Assembly (NCBI GenBank): GCA_002633005.1
Contig: NMRA01000718.1
Location: 106,552 to 170,551 of the forward strand
Length of the DNA: 64,000 nt
From: Phoronis australis
Lineage: Eukaryota; Animalia; Phoronida
Direction: 5' to 3'
The notes below the pieces were generated by a model. It was not told the DNA's origin and ran no database searches. It saw only the letters and a program-made list of their open reading frames with translations. The translations under genes and the position numbers were made by a program. Each line of letters opens with the position of its first letter. The stretch's first letter is position 1. Positions 39,901-54,700 of this stretch are shown one piece after another.

Positions 39901-42759
39901 TAAAACAAGATCATCATACAAATATCTGCCAAAGGTGAAGGAATTCTGTCAATATGATTGCATAACATAAAAAATCTAATTTTGAACCCTGAGTGAAAAA
40001 ATGCAGTTAATGACCAACGCAGTGCTATTAAAGCTGTTACAGTTAGATGACCACTCTTATGCAAGAGTGCAAAGCAAAATCTTGAGTGGGGGGCACATCA
40101 AGCAAGTTATGATGTGATGTAACGCAAGGCGAACTTTATTGGATGAGTATATTTATTGTAATCTAAAATCAATGACCAAATGTGGTGTCCCCGTTGATTA
40201 CATTTTGGTACCCAGATCTAGTGAACAACTGTTAAGATGATGAACTGGTTAAACTAAACCCTGTGTCTGAAAATATTACTTGCATGCTCAATGAGAACAA
40301 CTGGGTGTCACTCAATAGTCATACGGCGCAAATTAAGTTCCATCAAATGCAGCTCAAACTCAGGAGGTATTTTTGAAAAGCCCACAAGCTCGAAGGTTCT
40401 GAAGTCCAACCAAGAGACATTTTAAGCCCGCATGATGTTCACGATCAAGTTCCAAGAAAAACTAAAGGTGTGTGCCGCAGCAGTCAGAAATTATAAGCCC
40501 ACATGGCCATCAATCATCTGAGGTGAAAACTGCTTGAGACTTCGAGAGGGGTAAGAACCAATTCCATCCTCAGACACCTACTTTCATCAGCAATGCCTCA
40601 GGTAGCCAATGAAACAAATGCTTTTCAGAACTAATTGTAATCTTAAGGGGATTTTTTTTGGGTTTGATGAGGGAGCATGACATGAATATTTTTTATAGTG
40701 GAATGGGGGATATGTTTGGCCATGTGGGTCCTGGTCCAAGTCTACAAGTCCAAACGTTCACAAGTAGTGTAAAAATTCATTACCAACAAGAGCATCGAAA
40801 CCACCACCAACTCATTAAAAGAAAATAACTCGGAACTAATGGGATTGGCCAACCATGAAATTGTGGTAATATGGCACAATTGGGGCAAGTGAGGATTGCT
40901 GGAGAATTTAATTGGTAACGAAACAGGAGAGTGCAGCGCCTCATTCAATTTCCGTTTTTGAGCCAGCTAATCGGGGGTGAAGTACAGCTTTTGTTTCAGA
41001 ATGGCTGTCACTTAATCGACACCTGCATAGAACATTGTACGATTTATATTCAGTGACCAAAACAAAGAAACTGTTCTTTACCGGAGTGGAACTCTCTATT
41101 GTGTTGGCAGGGAATGTGGTAATTGAAACCTGCACTTCAGTTCACAAATTTCATTGGATTTTGGCTTAAATTTTCACTAGCACTAGGTCCCTCAAGAGTC
41201 TGCACGAGAAACACGATGAACTATATACACCGCCCCTTATAAGTATGACCTAATCTAAAGATGCAATGACATTTATATGGAAAACCTGTCTTGTATAAAA
41301 GCGATCCTATATTCAACACCTAATATTCAATGGAATTTATTACAAAAAACAAGAAAAGACTTCAGGAGCTCATTGAGAATTAAGCCAACAGAAAACTGGC
41401 AAATTTAAAATAGGTGCATGTACATGAACGCAGTGCCTGTGACTTGAGTTATCGCTTTAATAGGTAAGACTTCAAGATGAAATGCGAGTGTGGTAATACT
41501 TCTAAACTCAACATTCAGAATTAAACAACAGCAAATTGTAATTTAGTTACCTATTCTCTTACACTCTCTTGCAATCTTCTGACCACCAGCTTTCAAAATG
41601 GCACGAGATACCTCACCTGAAACAAAACAAGTAACAGACTAATGGATGCTTCTTACATCAGTGCCCAAGAGTCCTTTTGTTGCCAATCTTGAAGTACAAC
41701 AAAAGACGTCAACACGCCTACCAATGCATTGCAACAGTAACAACTTCAAGCACCCTGCTCAACAGTTTCACATCAATATATGCCGTGAATAATTTGTCTA
41801 CAAAGAAAACATGCACTTCTAAAGATATACCAGAAATTTCACTGTTAATTCTTCAGCATAAACCAATAATTTTCATTAAAAAATCAACACAGTATGGTTT
41901 TTGATTTATAAAAAACAAGTAGTCAAAGCTTAAAACTACAAATATTGGTTACGGAATGGAGATATACAACTGGAGGATTTACAAAAACATCACTAACAAT
42001 GAATGTGGTTTACACTTTCAGTATACACCTTAATTACATTACAATTGCAAATAGAAACAAAACACAGTGACCGAATAAAATGTCAATAGCTTTTTGCAAG
42101 CGCCGATCACCAAGTCGCGTCAAACTACTTTATTCGAGGTGTAGCACACTAACTGGAAAACTGTAATATTCGGTAAAGAAAAATGTGTTGTGAAGATCAA
42201 ATATTGCTAGCTTCAAACTCTTATGAGAAAATTCAAGAAATAGATGAGGTGGGTCGGTGGGCGAGAGGTGAATTTTAAGTTTCACCGACGATCAAAATTT
42301 TGGTCATGATAATTCCATACATTAAAGGAACATATTTGTCACTTCTCATGAGCATACATATAAGGCAGCATATGCCAGATGGAAGGACGAATGGATGGAC
42401 AGAGATCAAAGCCTAATGGGCCTACATATAAATAAGAGGGAGTAAAAAATGTGAAGTTGCTATTTATTCAGGCAAGTCACAACTTACCCGAATTTAAGTC
42501 CAAGCGACTGTTAGAAGGATTGACAATTGCTTCTGTTGTTTGCCTTGTTATGTCTCCTTGAAAAACCCGCACCAATATATCCCCAATTTTTGCATAATCC
42601 TTATCCGTGGAGTTACCCGGTTTACTGGACAACATAACACCTGAAAATCAGCAGAACAACAACAAGCCTTAGTTTAAAGGAGAATAAATTGGCGCCTTGT
42701 GTTGTTTACTTCAGTAACTCTCATTGAGTGTTTTACTTCAGATAAAAACGATATATACG

Positions 42760-42791
<32 letters not shown>

Positions 42792-45700
42792 GTATATATT
42801 ATTACATGGCAAAGAAGTTATCCCCCGTTATCTAGAGCCTGAGTGGATCTTGGAGAATTATCACCCGAGGGGTGGGAAAATATCGTCTGCTAAAGTAGGT
42901 TACCACTAGTAACTGACTACAATGCTCAAGTCAAAGGATCCCGACGACACTATACCCGCATTCAAATTGGAGATCAGTGATTTACAAGTGAGAGAACACG
43001 AGAGAAAAATTTCACTGAATTAAACTATCGTTTTTATAGAAATTATGCGTCTTATTTTTCATAGCGTATAAATGTCAGTACAATGCCCTTTGCTGATCAT
43101 GCAAATGTTGCGTGTGCTCATTTAAGTAATTCTATTTTCACGATCGATGACGTCAGCCGTCGAGTGGTGTAGTGGTAAAGTCGGCGACTCGAAACTCTTG
43201 AGGCCCGGGTTCGAAACTCTTGAGGCCCGGGTTCGAAACCGGCCTCGGTTTCCCGCCAAAAGGTCAAGGTTGTATTTGCCATTCGACGCTAATGTTGTGG
43301 TATAATAGCTTGAGAAGAACTGAAAAGCACAGGGTCCTTCAAAAAATCTCATACTATGATTACGTTGCTCGTAGCAGATCAGTTTCAGTTGAAAATGACG
43401 TATGGTCCCCAAGGTAATTTCAAGAAATTTAGTTAATAATCCCAGTCCAAACAAGCATTTGTCACAGAGTCCCAAAATTGTATCTTGATGCCTCAGTATG
43501 TACATGTACATGTTTTATCTGAAAACTGATTTCCTTGCTGTGACCTTGTCAAGGTCATCAGACACGTAGTACGCCAGGAAATGTCTCACCTACACCAGAC
43601 TCAACAAGTGCCAGCAGAATTGTTCATTAGGTAATTTAAAAAGGATAGAATGCAGTGATGTTGTATAATTATTTTCTAAATGACAACACTAAAGAAAATA
43701 ATAATCGTGCACTGCCTACTGAAAATCATAAATTCTATAGGGTCCTAGCAATGAGTCAGGAAAATCATCCACAACTAATATGTCTGAACACTCCAAGGTT
43801 TATTACAAAACGCATATCTTAACCTGGATTTAAAAAGACAGTGTTTCCATTGTTTTGCCCTTTTCAATAATTAAGTATTTGGCAGAGAACATTTTAACAC
43901 AATTCAAACAGAAAAGAGACAAAATTTATTTTAACTTGAGTTGACACCCATCCCGTAATAAGTTACGAGCATTACTAATATATGATAGAAAATTCTTGGC
44001 AAAAAAGTTTAAAGATATTCATAGATAGCTCTGCATAGTAGGCTTATGTGGAAAAGGAGATACTTTGATTGAAAATGGTCGAGCAACCAAAACATTTTAG
44101 AGGGTATTGGCCTTCCATCAGTTGGTATACACTGCAGCCGCTCTGGCCATCTCCCAACTGTCAACTTCTGTGTTCTCTCCTGGATTAGGAGAATGAAAAT
44201 TTGACCTGGAAAGCTTGAAATCCATAATTTGCCAAAATCCAATAGTGCCACAGTTTAAATTAACAAATTAATATTGTCTGTTTGAAAGTCATTATCAAGA
44301 AATCATTGCAAATAAAACGCAGTTTTCATATGATAATAGCTGTGTGGATTAGTGTGGATTTCAAGTCCACAATACTGTCTTAACAAGGATTTTAACATAC
44401 TACTTTAACACTACAAGTGAAGCAGGCTACCACTGGACTGCACCACAACTATCATGAATAAATTCTGAAAATTTCTTGGAGGAGGGCCTGTCAAATACTT
44501 TTAACTCCCATAAGCTAGGCATCCCAAGCCAGAAGTGCACTCACTCCAGTATTTGCACATGGCTTTGAGTCTAAAATCCTGAAAAGATTTCTAATTGTAA
44601 AACACAAATGCAGGCCATTTGAGACACAACATGTCAAGGCGTCCTGCTTCCTGATATATATATTGATGCATTTACATTGTATAATGAATGGACTGTATGC
44701 CGATATTCAGAAGTCATTCTTGCCACTTATAAAGAAACCTTGACCTTTAAATGCATGAAGAAACATTTTTCTCCGGACGAACAAAACTGTGCACCCAAAA
44801 TCAACAGATTTTGCAGCATTTCCTGTTTTTGACAAAACATAAATTACATTTTACCCAGTTCAAATGCGGCTTACAACACATGGACTGCAACAACACACAT
44901 GACTTATGCAAGGTCAAAGTACCGGTTCGTCATGAAAGCTATTAGTGTTCCATTTACCTGCCCGCTCCTGCAGGTTATCATCAGACATGTCTTTGGGCTT
45001 AGCGCGTTGATGACGTCTCGACATCTGTTTAGGACACCCACTCAAACGTTTCATTTCGGTCTCGAAGGCCTGTAACGGTTATTTGTTTAAAAGTAACTGA
45101 ACGAATCATTTAGTCAAAACATGGGATTTGCCTGGATTCGAATTAAAAACAGAATAGAAAAAACCCTTGTTAAAACATGCAGATTCAATCTAATACTGAG
45201 CTCTTACCAGTATGAGCTGACCAGCAAATCTGTTTCACCTGTAGGCCTACACAGACTTTGCAATTTGATTTAAAGTAATGAAGTTTAGATTCAATAATTG
45301 GGAGAAATATTATTGTTGGCATTACAATTATTGTCAAAAATCTACACTAAACACTCTTTGTTACATGTAAATACAAGTAGAGACAGTAAAAGAAGGTTGA
45401 TCTTATAACATATCAGAATCTGATGTCGCAGTCACTTGTGAAACCGGTTTGAAGCGGACATAAAAAGACTGATACAAGATTTCAACGACAGTGATTTTCA
45501 GAGCGGCAACAGTGTTATTTTGTTCTCCCAAAAGCACCCGAGAGGATTTAACCCTCCCCCGTACATCTGCCATTGACCTATATGTATACTCAAATATAGT
45601 TTGCTCGTCCAACTACACTCAAAACAAAATACAACAAACCTGACATGTTGGCACATCCTTGTCATAAACGACAACACGTATGTCCTTAAGGTGGCCAGGG

Positions 45701-48700
45701 GAAAGTTCACTGAACTTAGCAAATTCTTCAAACATCACACGTGCAACAAAATCACGTTGATAACCAAGATTCCCAGTACCAATTGCCGGAAATGCAATAG
45801 AGTTCAACTGTTCTTGGTCGGCCTTCTTCAAACATGCACGAATTGTTTGACGTAGAATCTTGAAAGAGGTAATAAACGAACTACATGTATACTTTAAAAA
45901 CAAGATGGATAATAAATTATGAACTTAATACAAGCAGTAGTTCAATTGTTTTATCACAGAAATCTGGAATGCCAACATCAATCTCGTGCTGCAGAGGTTG
46001 CGTCGCACATGTGTGGCATTTGTTTGCTTTCATTAATTTTGTTCTGGTGTTAATCCTTAGGCATCAAATTACTGTCACTAGTAAACTACGCCGTTTTTCA
46101 ACCAAGAGTCCTATCATTAGAAAGACCTTCGCCAGTTCTTGATGGTGAATGATTATACAGTACAGCCACTGAATTATTAGACTCTCTCCGGTGTCTCTCC
46201 GGTCTAGCCACCCGTGACCGTAACCGGAGACAGACCTGAGAGTGAGACGGGAATCAACCGTGACAGCTGGCGTGAGCCTAAGCGTGACTGTACCCGGAGC
46301 TTACCGTGAGTTAGGCGTGAACGAAGCGCGAGCCAGCCGTGAGCCAGGCGTGAGTTTGCCTGCATCGCAGATGAAAAAGTAATTTATTAAAATTATTCAG
46401 TAACTAGCAGTGATGTGTGTATTCTCATAGACTTTTGCTCATGTGAGGTTTATTTTTTTAAATCCTCACGTTCAGCAAAAGACCAAAATTTCCTTTTCAA
46501 ATCATAAGTCACTTCAGGAAACAGACCTGTGGACTCTACTTTCCACTTATATATAATTATTTGTTTTTTATATAAACTAATAAAGAATCTTAACACGCGT
46601 GTACATGGTGGAAATATTCAATTGCCTTCACGATATGAAGGAGCACAACATGTCAATTCTGAGCACACTGATCCCAAGTTCCGGCTTCATGCGGAGAAAA
46701 ATGATCGTGCCCATGCATTTGACGAGTCAAACAGATCACTGCTATTACTATTTTAGTGAAGAAGTACCCCGGGGATACTGTGAACTCAGTCGAAACTCAT
46801 GCACTACGGGGAGGGGGCTACAAATAATTAAACTGCACTATGGATTGAGGACTTTTTAGTCAAAACATTTGCTTGCAGTAAGGGATGGGTATGTCAGAAT
46901 GGCGGCCTATTGAAATTTTCTGTACACCAGTGCGGTGCAAAAATTTACGGAGTGACACAATACTTCAGAAGATGCGTAGGCTATTTTTAGGGCAAATTAA
47001 CTATATCCAGCTGTGACAAGTTTCAAGGAGTCCAGAGCGATGTAAAGACGGACTGTGGACGTAGGGTCGCGTATATTCGTACTTACTAACCGTGGTTACT
47101 GTACATGTATGTTGATGATGGGACTGACTCTTAAGTCGTGAATAGAAAATGTACATGTAACCGTAACACAAGATGAGCTGAAGGAAGACGTTTGTATGAA
47201 CAACACGTGGAATTACAAAGTTAGTCGGAACCAAAGTGTGATAGAAGAACTAGCTAAACCGGAGGTAAGCGTCAGGACTACCCGGAGAGTAGGCGTGAGG
47301 CGACCGTGACTTATTTCTGTCACGCCTGCGTTCCGGTTGCGCTCGTCTGGCCAGGTGTGAGGTAGCCCGGACGAAGTCTAAAAATTCAGTGGCTGTACTG
47401 TAGCAGAAGCAAACAATAAATAACTTAATTCATAAATAATCAACATAAATATGTACATATGCCAGTACATACACTCAGGCTGATATGAATTACGGCCTGG
47501 CAATATATTTACATAATTGGGTATTGCTCACAGCTGTCTTACTCTGGTCTTGCACTCTCTTTCATCCTTGTAAAAGCTGCTCAGAAGGACCAGTGAAGAA
47601 AACGACCGCATATCTTAAGAAATGCGGGTTCCTTGTAAGCGTATTATTCACAGTATGTGGCAAACAGAAAGCAACTCGTGTGAATCCGACCATTATTTGG
47701 TTGTCGCCAAATCAATTTCATAAGAACACTAACAGAGAACAGCCCTCCCGGTGACTTGCAAACATTTCACATGAGCATAGGATCATGCAGAATGAATCTT
47801 TGATGCATTTCATTGGCTGATATGCTCATCTCTCTTGTAAATTTTCGGATGCGCCACATAAAGTTTCAGACCACGGCATCAGAAACAAAGCACCAGTGGT
47901 GATTCTGAGAACAGAAGGAGTTTGCATGCACTTAGAGTTATCTATCCTTTAATCTTTAAAAACTTTGATGACAGTCACAATCCTAGAACATGAGCAACGC
48001 AGAGTGTTGAAATGTGCCCACGAATGCATCGCAAATGGTGTGCTTTTAGGGTTGCTTATTTATGTCATAAAAATGGCCACAAGATGGTGCAAAAACATAC
48101 AATCCATCCGAAAACGGGAACATGTCATTGCTTCTTTAACAGAAAGAGATACACCAATTTCATAGAAATCCTTCAGGGAACTTCAGAGAGACAAAGGAAA
48201 ACAGAAATTGCCACAGTGTTCATTAGATCCACCTGAAAGTCGCCTTAAATGTCTGTTGTTAGCTTCAAATACACTTACTAAATCAAATAAAGATCCTGCA
48301 GTTGGTTTAGGAGATAGAGCGATGGGCGCAAAACAAAACAAAACTACCACTAGGTGGAACCAGAGTAGTCAAAGTCGTCATCATCAACCATCCCCTTCAC
48401 ACTGAGCACATATACGCCAATTTTCAAAACCATCCTTAGAATGATTTGGTTGACAGAGAGGAAGACACCAAAAATGGCCACTAGCTGGGGCTAAGTACCG
48501 TGATTCCATCCGAAAATGAGAGGATGACGTCATCTCATCAATAGATGCCTGTATTCAAAATTTTATGAAAATCTGTTGAAGACCTTTGAAGAGGTAAACC
48601 GTAAAACTAAAATTGCCACCAGAGTGCACAGCAGTAGTCAGATCCATCCCAAAATCACCGTCATCCGTTGTCAACATCATATAAACACACGTCTTAAATT

Positions 48701-51700
48701 TAGTAAAGATCCTGCAAACGGTTTAGGAGATACAGCAATGGGCACAAAAGAACTGTCACTAGGAGTCGACACAGTAGTCGAAGTCATCGGAAAAACTCCC
48801 CAGCCGTCCACTTCATAGTAAAAACATACATGCCAATTTTCACAATTATCATGAAAGTGTTTTGTAGATAGTGGGGTGGATGCCAAAAAGAGACTTTAAA
48901 ACAGTAAAAATGGCCACTAGGTGGCCCAAACTAGGCCGAATCCATTTGAAAGATCACGTCAGCTCACTAACAGAAGTCTGTACGCCAAATTTAATGAAAT
49001 TACGTTGAGAACCTTTGAAGATACAGACTCTGAGGTAAACGTAAAAAAATAAAATTGCCACCAGGTGGCACACCAATTGTCAGATCATTCTGAAAGTCAC
49101 CGTCGTCCATTGTCAACATCACATAAATGCACTTACTAAATTTAGTAAAAATGCTGAAAAAGGTTTAGGAGATATAGCCATAGGCGCAAAAAAACTGCCA
49201 CTAGGAGGCGCAACAGTAGTTGAAGTTTTCAGAAAATCATTGTGAACCCTCTTCTTCATAGTAAGAACATACATGTTAATTTTCACAATCATGCTTAAAG
49301 CGGTTTGGTTGATAGAGGGGTGGACGTCAAAAAAACAGACTCGAAAACAGTAAAATTGGCCACTAGGTGGTGCAAACTACTTTGAATCCATCCGAAAACG
49401 AGAGGATACTGTCGCCTCACTAATAGATGCCTAAATACCAAATTATATGAATATACGTTGAGGACCTTTGAAGATACAGAGGTAAACGTAAAAAAAATAA
49501 ATTGCCACTAAGGGGCACACCGGTAGTCGAATCCATCCGAAATTTCGCTCATGCCATCCCAACTATAAAAGGAACACATGTACAAAATTTCATGAACATG
49601 TGTCAATTGGTTTTGGAGATAGAGCAGCAGACGCCGTACAGAGGCCCCCAGATGGACAGACGCAGATGGCATAATGCGTCCACATTATTATAAATATGTG
49701 GGCGCATAAAAACTGTGGATACTTTTCAACGAATATTTTCTCCTTAATTTACATGCTAAGCAAATCAAAAGCACATGTCAATTAGAGAGCACTGATTTAA
49801 CTTTCACAACAGCAGCTACAGTAGCACTGAGCTCCAGAGCTTTTCTCCGAATGGCGGTAGTGAAGAACAGTAACGTCATGTATGCATGTAATAACTCAAT
49901 TTTGCAACTTAAAATTTGTGAGGATTTAGCACCACAGGTAACAAACAGCCCATTAATTTTAAGAATTTTCTCGATGATCTAAAAATCAAATTTGGGGGAC
50001 AAAAATGACGGGAAAATTGTCTGGAATTCATGAATGGGAGCTGGATTTTGAAAATGCGACATGGGATTTTGGCTACTGGCTCATAAAATGTGACCTGGTG
50101 ATTTTCATAGCATCGAGCCCAGATAATTGTCGAGTTTGCTCACCAATTTTGCCAGGAAATCACTGATTGTCTGGAACCGTAGCTCAAGACTCTTCATTGA
50201 TGAACAAAAATATCAAAATGAAAATGAAGCAATGAAATTAGGCTTCATTTGATAATTGCACTCGATAATAACTCAGTCAAGCCGGAAATTCAGTGCAAAC
50301 TCTCACAGCAAGTCTTGTAGCCACAAGCTCTGAAAATACAATACATTGGTCACGTGTGGGAGTAGACCTTTAAGGGCTAGGGTTCTATGGTTTTATTCAT
50401 ATTACGTAACAATAGTGCTTATAGAAAACTTATATTGATGAACACCCCAAAAATTCAAGAAAGTCATGAGGTTCTTGTGGAATGGGGCCCGCTTTCACAT
50501 TTTTATTTACGACACCATTGATATACAGAGACAAGTAAACTTGGAATCTTTCTAATGAGAAATTCAAGAACATCTGCTAGTTCTTACAGACTTACACGTT
50601 CTGCGTCCGCATCTCCAGATGATCTAGCAGCTATATAGTACACCTTTTGGCAATTCAAGTTGAATCCCTGAGTGTCCAGTACTTCCCCGTATTTGATACC
50701 ATTAGGGTAGTGGGTGCTACACTCCACTTGCAACTGTTGCCCAGCTTTTTTGAGCAGAGACTTTGAGACAGCACCTTGACAGAGATCTAAGTCGGTTCCC
50801 ACTGTGTTGACTAACACTGCAGCCTGCAATAAGAGAATTCTAAACAATACCCCAAGGCATTTAGATACAGTCAATTGCATCAAAAACCTAAAAATTGTGG
50901 AATAATTATAGTTTTGTGCGATTAACTAGGTAAATTAAATAGAACCCGAGGAAATTTGATTAAGTTCAAAATGATCTACAATAACAACAAAAATTGTACT
51001 ATAACCAAAAATGACAATAAAATGGTTGCCCCCATCTATATAAGAATGCCAAGCATGGTGTGCATCTAGTACAAAACTGGAATCTCGTGAAAACAACAGA
51101 CATTAAGCACAATATCTACTTACAGAGTAATTTCAATCTACTTCAAGTGAATAAAACACTGTTCAACTCCAAGTGGATTACGCAACACTGATTCATCAGA
51201 CCACCATGCTTTGTCGACTCCCAGGGACCATCAGAACAGGTAGTAGATGGCATAAATGATGTCACTCAGCAAAAAGCTTTACAACAAAATTCAATGCATA
51301 GAAGCATATAAGCTACAAGTACCTTCTCATTGGCAATTTGGCTTTTTTTCATCTTGATAACTACACCTGAATGTGTTGTCAATTCATTGGGTTTGACCTG
51401 CTTGAACACACTCGCCTCAGATGACACTGCACCAGTTTCTGGTAATTCAAAAAATCGACACATGAGTCACATCATTCGAACTTAAAAAAATACAATTATA
51501 ATTCAACTCTCAAAAGACATTATTTATTTGACAGCAAAATGTATGAAGAAAGTCGAGCTTACCATTTGGTAAAGGAGTGATGACACTGCTTTTGGAGCTG
51601 CTATTTGATACCATTGTGACCTGTCCGACTTCAGAGGTGACAGCTTTGCAAAATTCTTCAACTGTTTTGATTTGATTGTCAACCAAATGTATTTCTCTGA

Positions 51701-54700
51701 TGCAAGACTTTGGATTAGATGTAAAATAGTCAACGGCAGCTTTGACGATCGTCAGGGTCGACACATCCAGAGGGACACCAAAAATACCGGAACCAACTGC
51801 TGGAATGGCCAAGGTTGCGAAGCCTCTCATTTCGGTCTGTTCTAGAGCACTTGAAATTCCTTCAAACAAGTAATTCTCCTCATTCTTTTTTCCCCCACTC
51901 CATGACGGTCCTACAACGTGGACAATGTTTCGGCAAGGAAGCTTTCCTCCTCCTGTGGTAGCTACCTTACCAGTTAACAATGTTCCTCTCTGTTCAACCC
52001 ATCTGTTACATTCATCTTGTATATCATTTCCGCCTAAAATACAAAATGAAGTGAAGCTGCACAAATCGACAACCTTCAGTCTATTTACATTTCGCATAAA
52101 CGAATATGGCAAAGGGTTTCCTCGGTCTACATAAATGTGCTTAGAATGCATTAAATTCCAAGATCGATTTCCAAGGATACAAATGACCACTAGCTAATAA
52201 CTGAGTATTTATCACAAACAAAATAAAAAATTATGACAAAAAAATTCAGCTTTGTTTGACAAGACAGCAATGAAATCGAGATCATACTGAAATTGCACAA
52301 GAATAGCAAGAAAACGTTTCTGAGCAGTGAGTAAATTTAAATGCACCTCGATTTACTGTTATGGATCTCGTATCAAATTGTTCCTAACTCAAAATAAGCA
52401 TAGTTGCAGGGCTTAAAAGAACTGACATCTTGTTATTGCTTAAGATGGTGCTATTAGTCTTGTCTGTAAAGCAAGTCATTTTATTTGGTCTCAAGCAATA
52501 AAGAGCAGTTGTTTTTCCATGACCAAACTTTATTGCTACTAACAAGTAGAAAGCAATTTATAGTGGAAATTGGTCTCAATCACTTGTTGCTTTGTCAAAA
52601 AAACACAACTTCATTGATGCCTTAGATGTTCAAAAACTTCATAAACAAGAAGGTATATAAGCACCTTGTTTTACAAGAGCTGCAGCGAGACCTCCTGTGT
52701 TCTTGAGTTCACCGTTGGCAGCATTAACAATAACGTCGGCCTTGTGTTTTGTTAGATCTCCTTGAATAATTTTATACATCCTTCCGTGGCTTTGAACTTC
52801 AAAGGCAGCTTGAGCACTTATGTCCTCTACCATGACAAATCCTGTTTCTTCTTCATCATTACTTACGTTTTCTTGACAGATCTCAATCACACATTGATTT
52901 CTTCTCTCCACATTATCCATGAAAAGTTGCCCTCGACTCTGACTGAAGAATTCTGCCATTCCTGGTTCTGTTACATCATGAGTTTGGGACACAATTTGAG
53001 ACAAAATGTCTTGCATTTTTCTTTTTGTAAATTGTAATCCCACTTTCGTTCCTTGGATGACAAAGTCAGCACCTTTCACTCTAATGTCCACATGGTGCTG
53101 TTTGAACAAATTTTTGATTTTTTCTATTTCTGTTGTTTTGTACTCGCGCATAAATCGAAAGTGGCTGGCACTGAGAGTAAACTTTTGCTGATAAATTGTG
53201 TTTTTCTCAATAAAATCTTGTGTAACTTCTCGAACATTGGCAATAACATGACCGGTTCCAACAACAACAAGCTGAGTAAGATTAAAATCTTCAATTATTT
53301 CCAAACACCCCTTGTACTGTGCTAGTAAAGAAGATTTAACTTGATGCCAACTAGAATCTTTGAGAACAATTTGTGATTCTTTTGAAACCGGTATTCGAAT
53401 TTCACTGAGCTCTTGACTCACAATCTGTGCAGCTTTTTTGACACTTTCTTCAGTCCCTGAGTACACTTTGATGGTTTTATTTGTAGTACTCATGGCAGCA
53501 GGGAGGTTTCCTGCGTGGAATTTTGAGTAAATGTATTCACAACATTCCGAATTTTGTAGCAGATGAATAATGGCCGGAGTGGAACCAACAGTTTCCGACT
53601 CCATCTTGCGAAGAACTTCATACATATGATTTTTTGCTTGATTTACTTCAAGTGGTATTCCACTAAAGCGAATTTCACCATTTGGTAAGTCTATTTCGCA
53701 TTTAGAACCAGATTTTGAAAATTCACTTTCCTGCAAAAAACGTAGCTCATGGAATTGTAGTGATGTTACAGTTTCAGTTACTTGCTGTTTTTTCTTGTTG
53801 AACACTTCTTCAGAATCCTTTTTGTCTTTATGGATTTTTGCTACCATAGTATCAACAGATTTCTTAAGTCCAGTAACTTTAATTGCGTGTTGTTTGTCAC
53901 TTGTTTCAATGAGGACTTCTTGGTATCCATCCACGTTGTCAGGAAGTGATTGCAAAACATCATTCCAAATGTCTTGCAAAACGGGAATGCTTTCAGTGCT
54001 GTAGTCAGCAACAAACTTTCCAAGAGATGTCTTGACAATATCTTCCCAAGGAGTTGATAAGGCTCTAAGTTCAACAGGATTTGAGAGCATACATGTCACA
54101 ACAAAACTATCCATGGTACATAACTCCCAATTTAGCTTCCCATGCTGTTTTCTTAAGTGATTTTCTAATAATTGGCGAAAATCTAAATTCAAGCAAATGA
54201 ATTTGACAACATCTTTATCAAAAGGACCCACAAGTATGTCATTGGGTTTACTGACAGGTGGTAATGATGCATCAACATCTGGATGTTGGAAACCGAGTTG
54301 TTCATAATATTCCGCCACTTTAATACAATGCCCGTTTATTTCATGCTTCTTCCTTTGAATAACTTCTCCAACAACTACAAAAGAAAAAAAACTGCTATGC
54401 ACGTTTTATAACTTTGACTTCAGAATTTATACAATCTTCAAATTTCAGAGTTTACATTTCCCAATAGCAAACAACTTTTTTATCGTCACATTGCTTCTGC
54501 AGACAGATATGAGCATTAATGCAGAATGCACAAATTCTAATGTAATCTGGCAACTTGGACTAACCATCACCACGTAACCTGGGAAAATTACAAAGTAGTA
54601 AAAATCATCCACTCCTAAAAACGATGCAGGTGGTTTGATACACGTTGCAGCAGTCCTGCACAGGCCGCTCAGCCAGGCACTTTTGCATCAAACACCTGAA

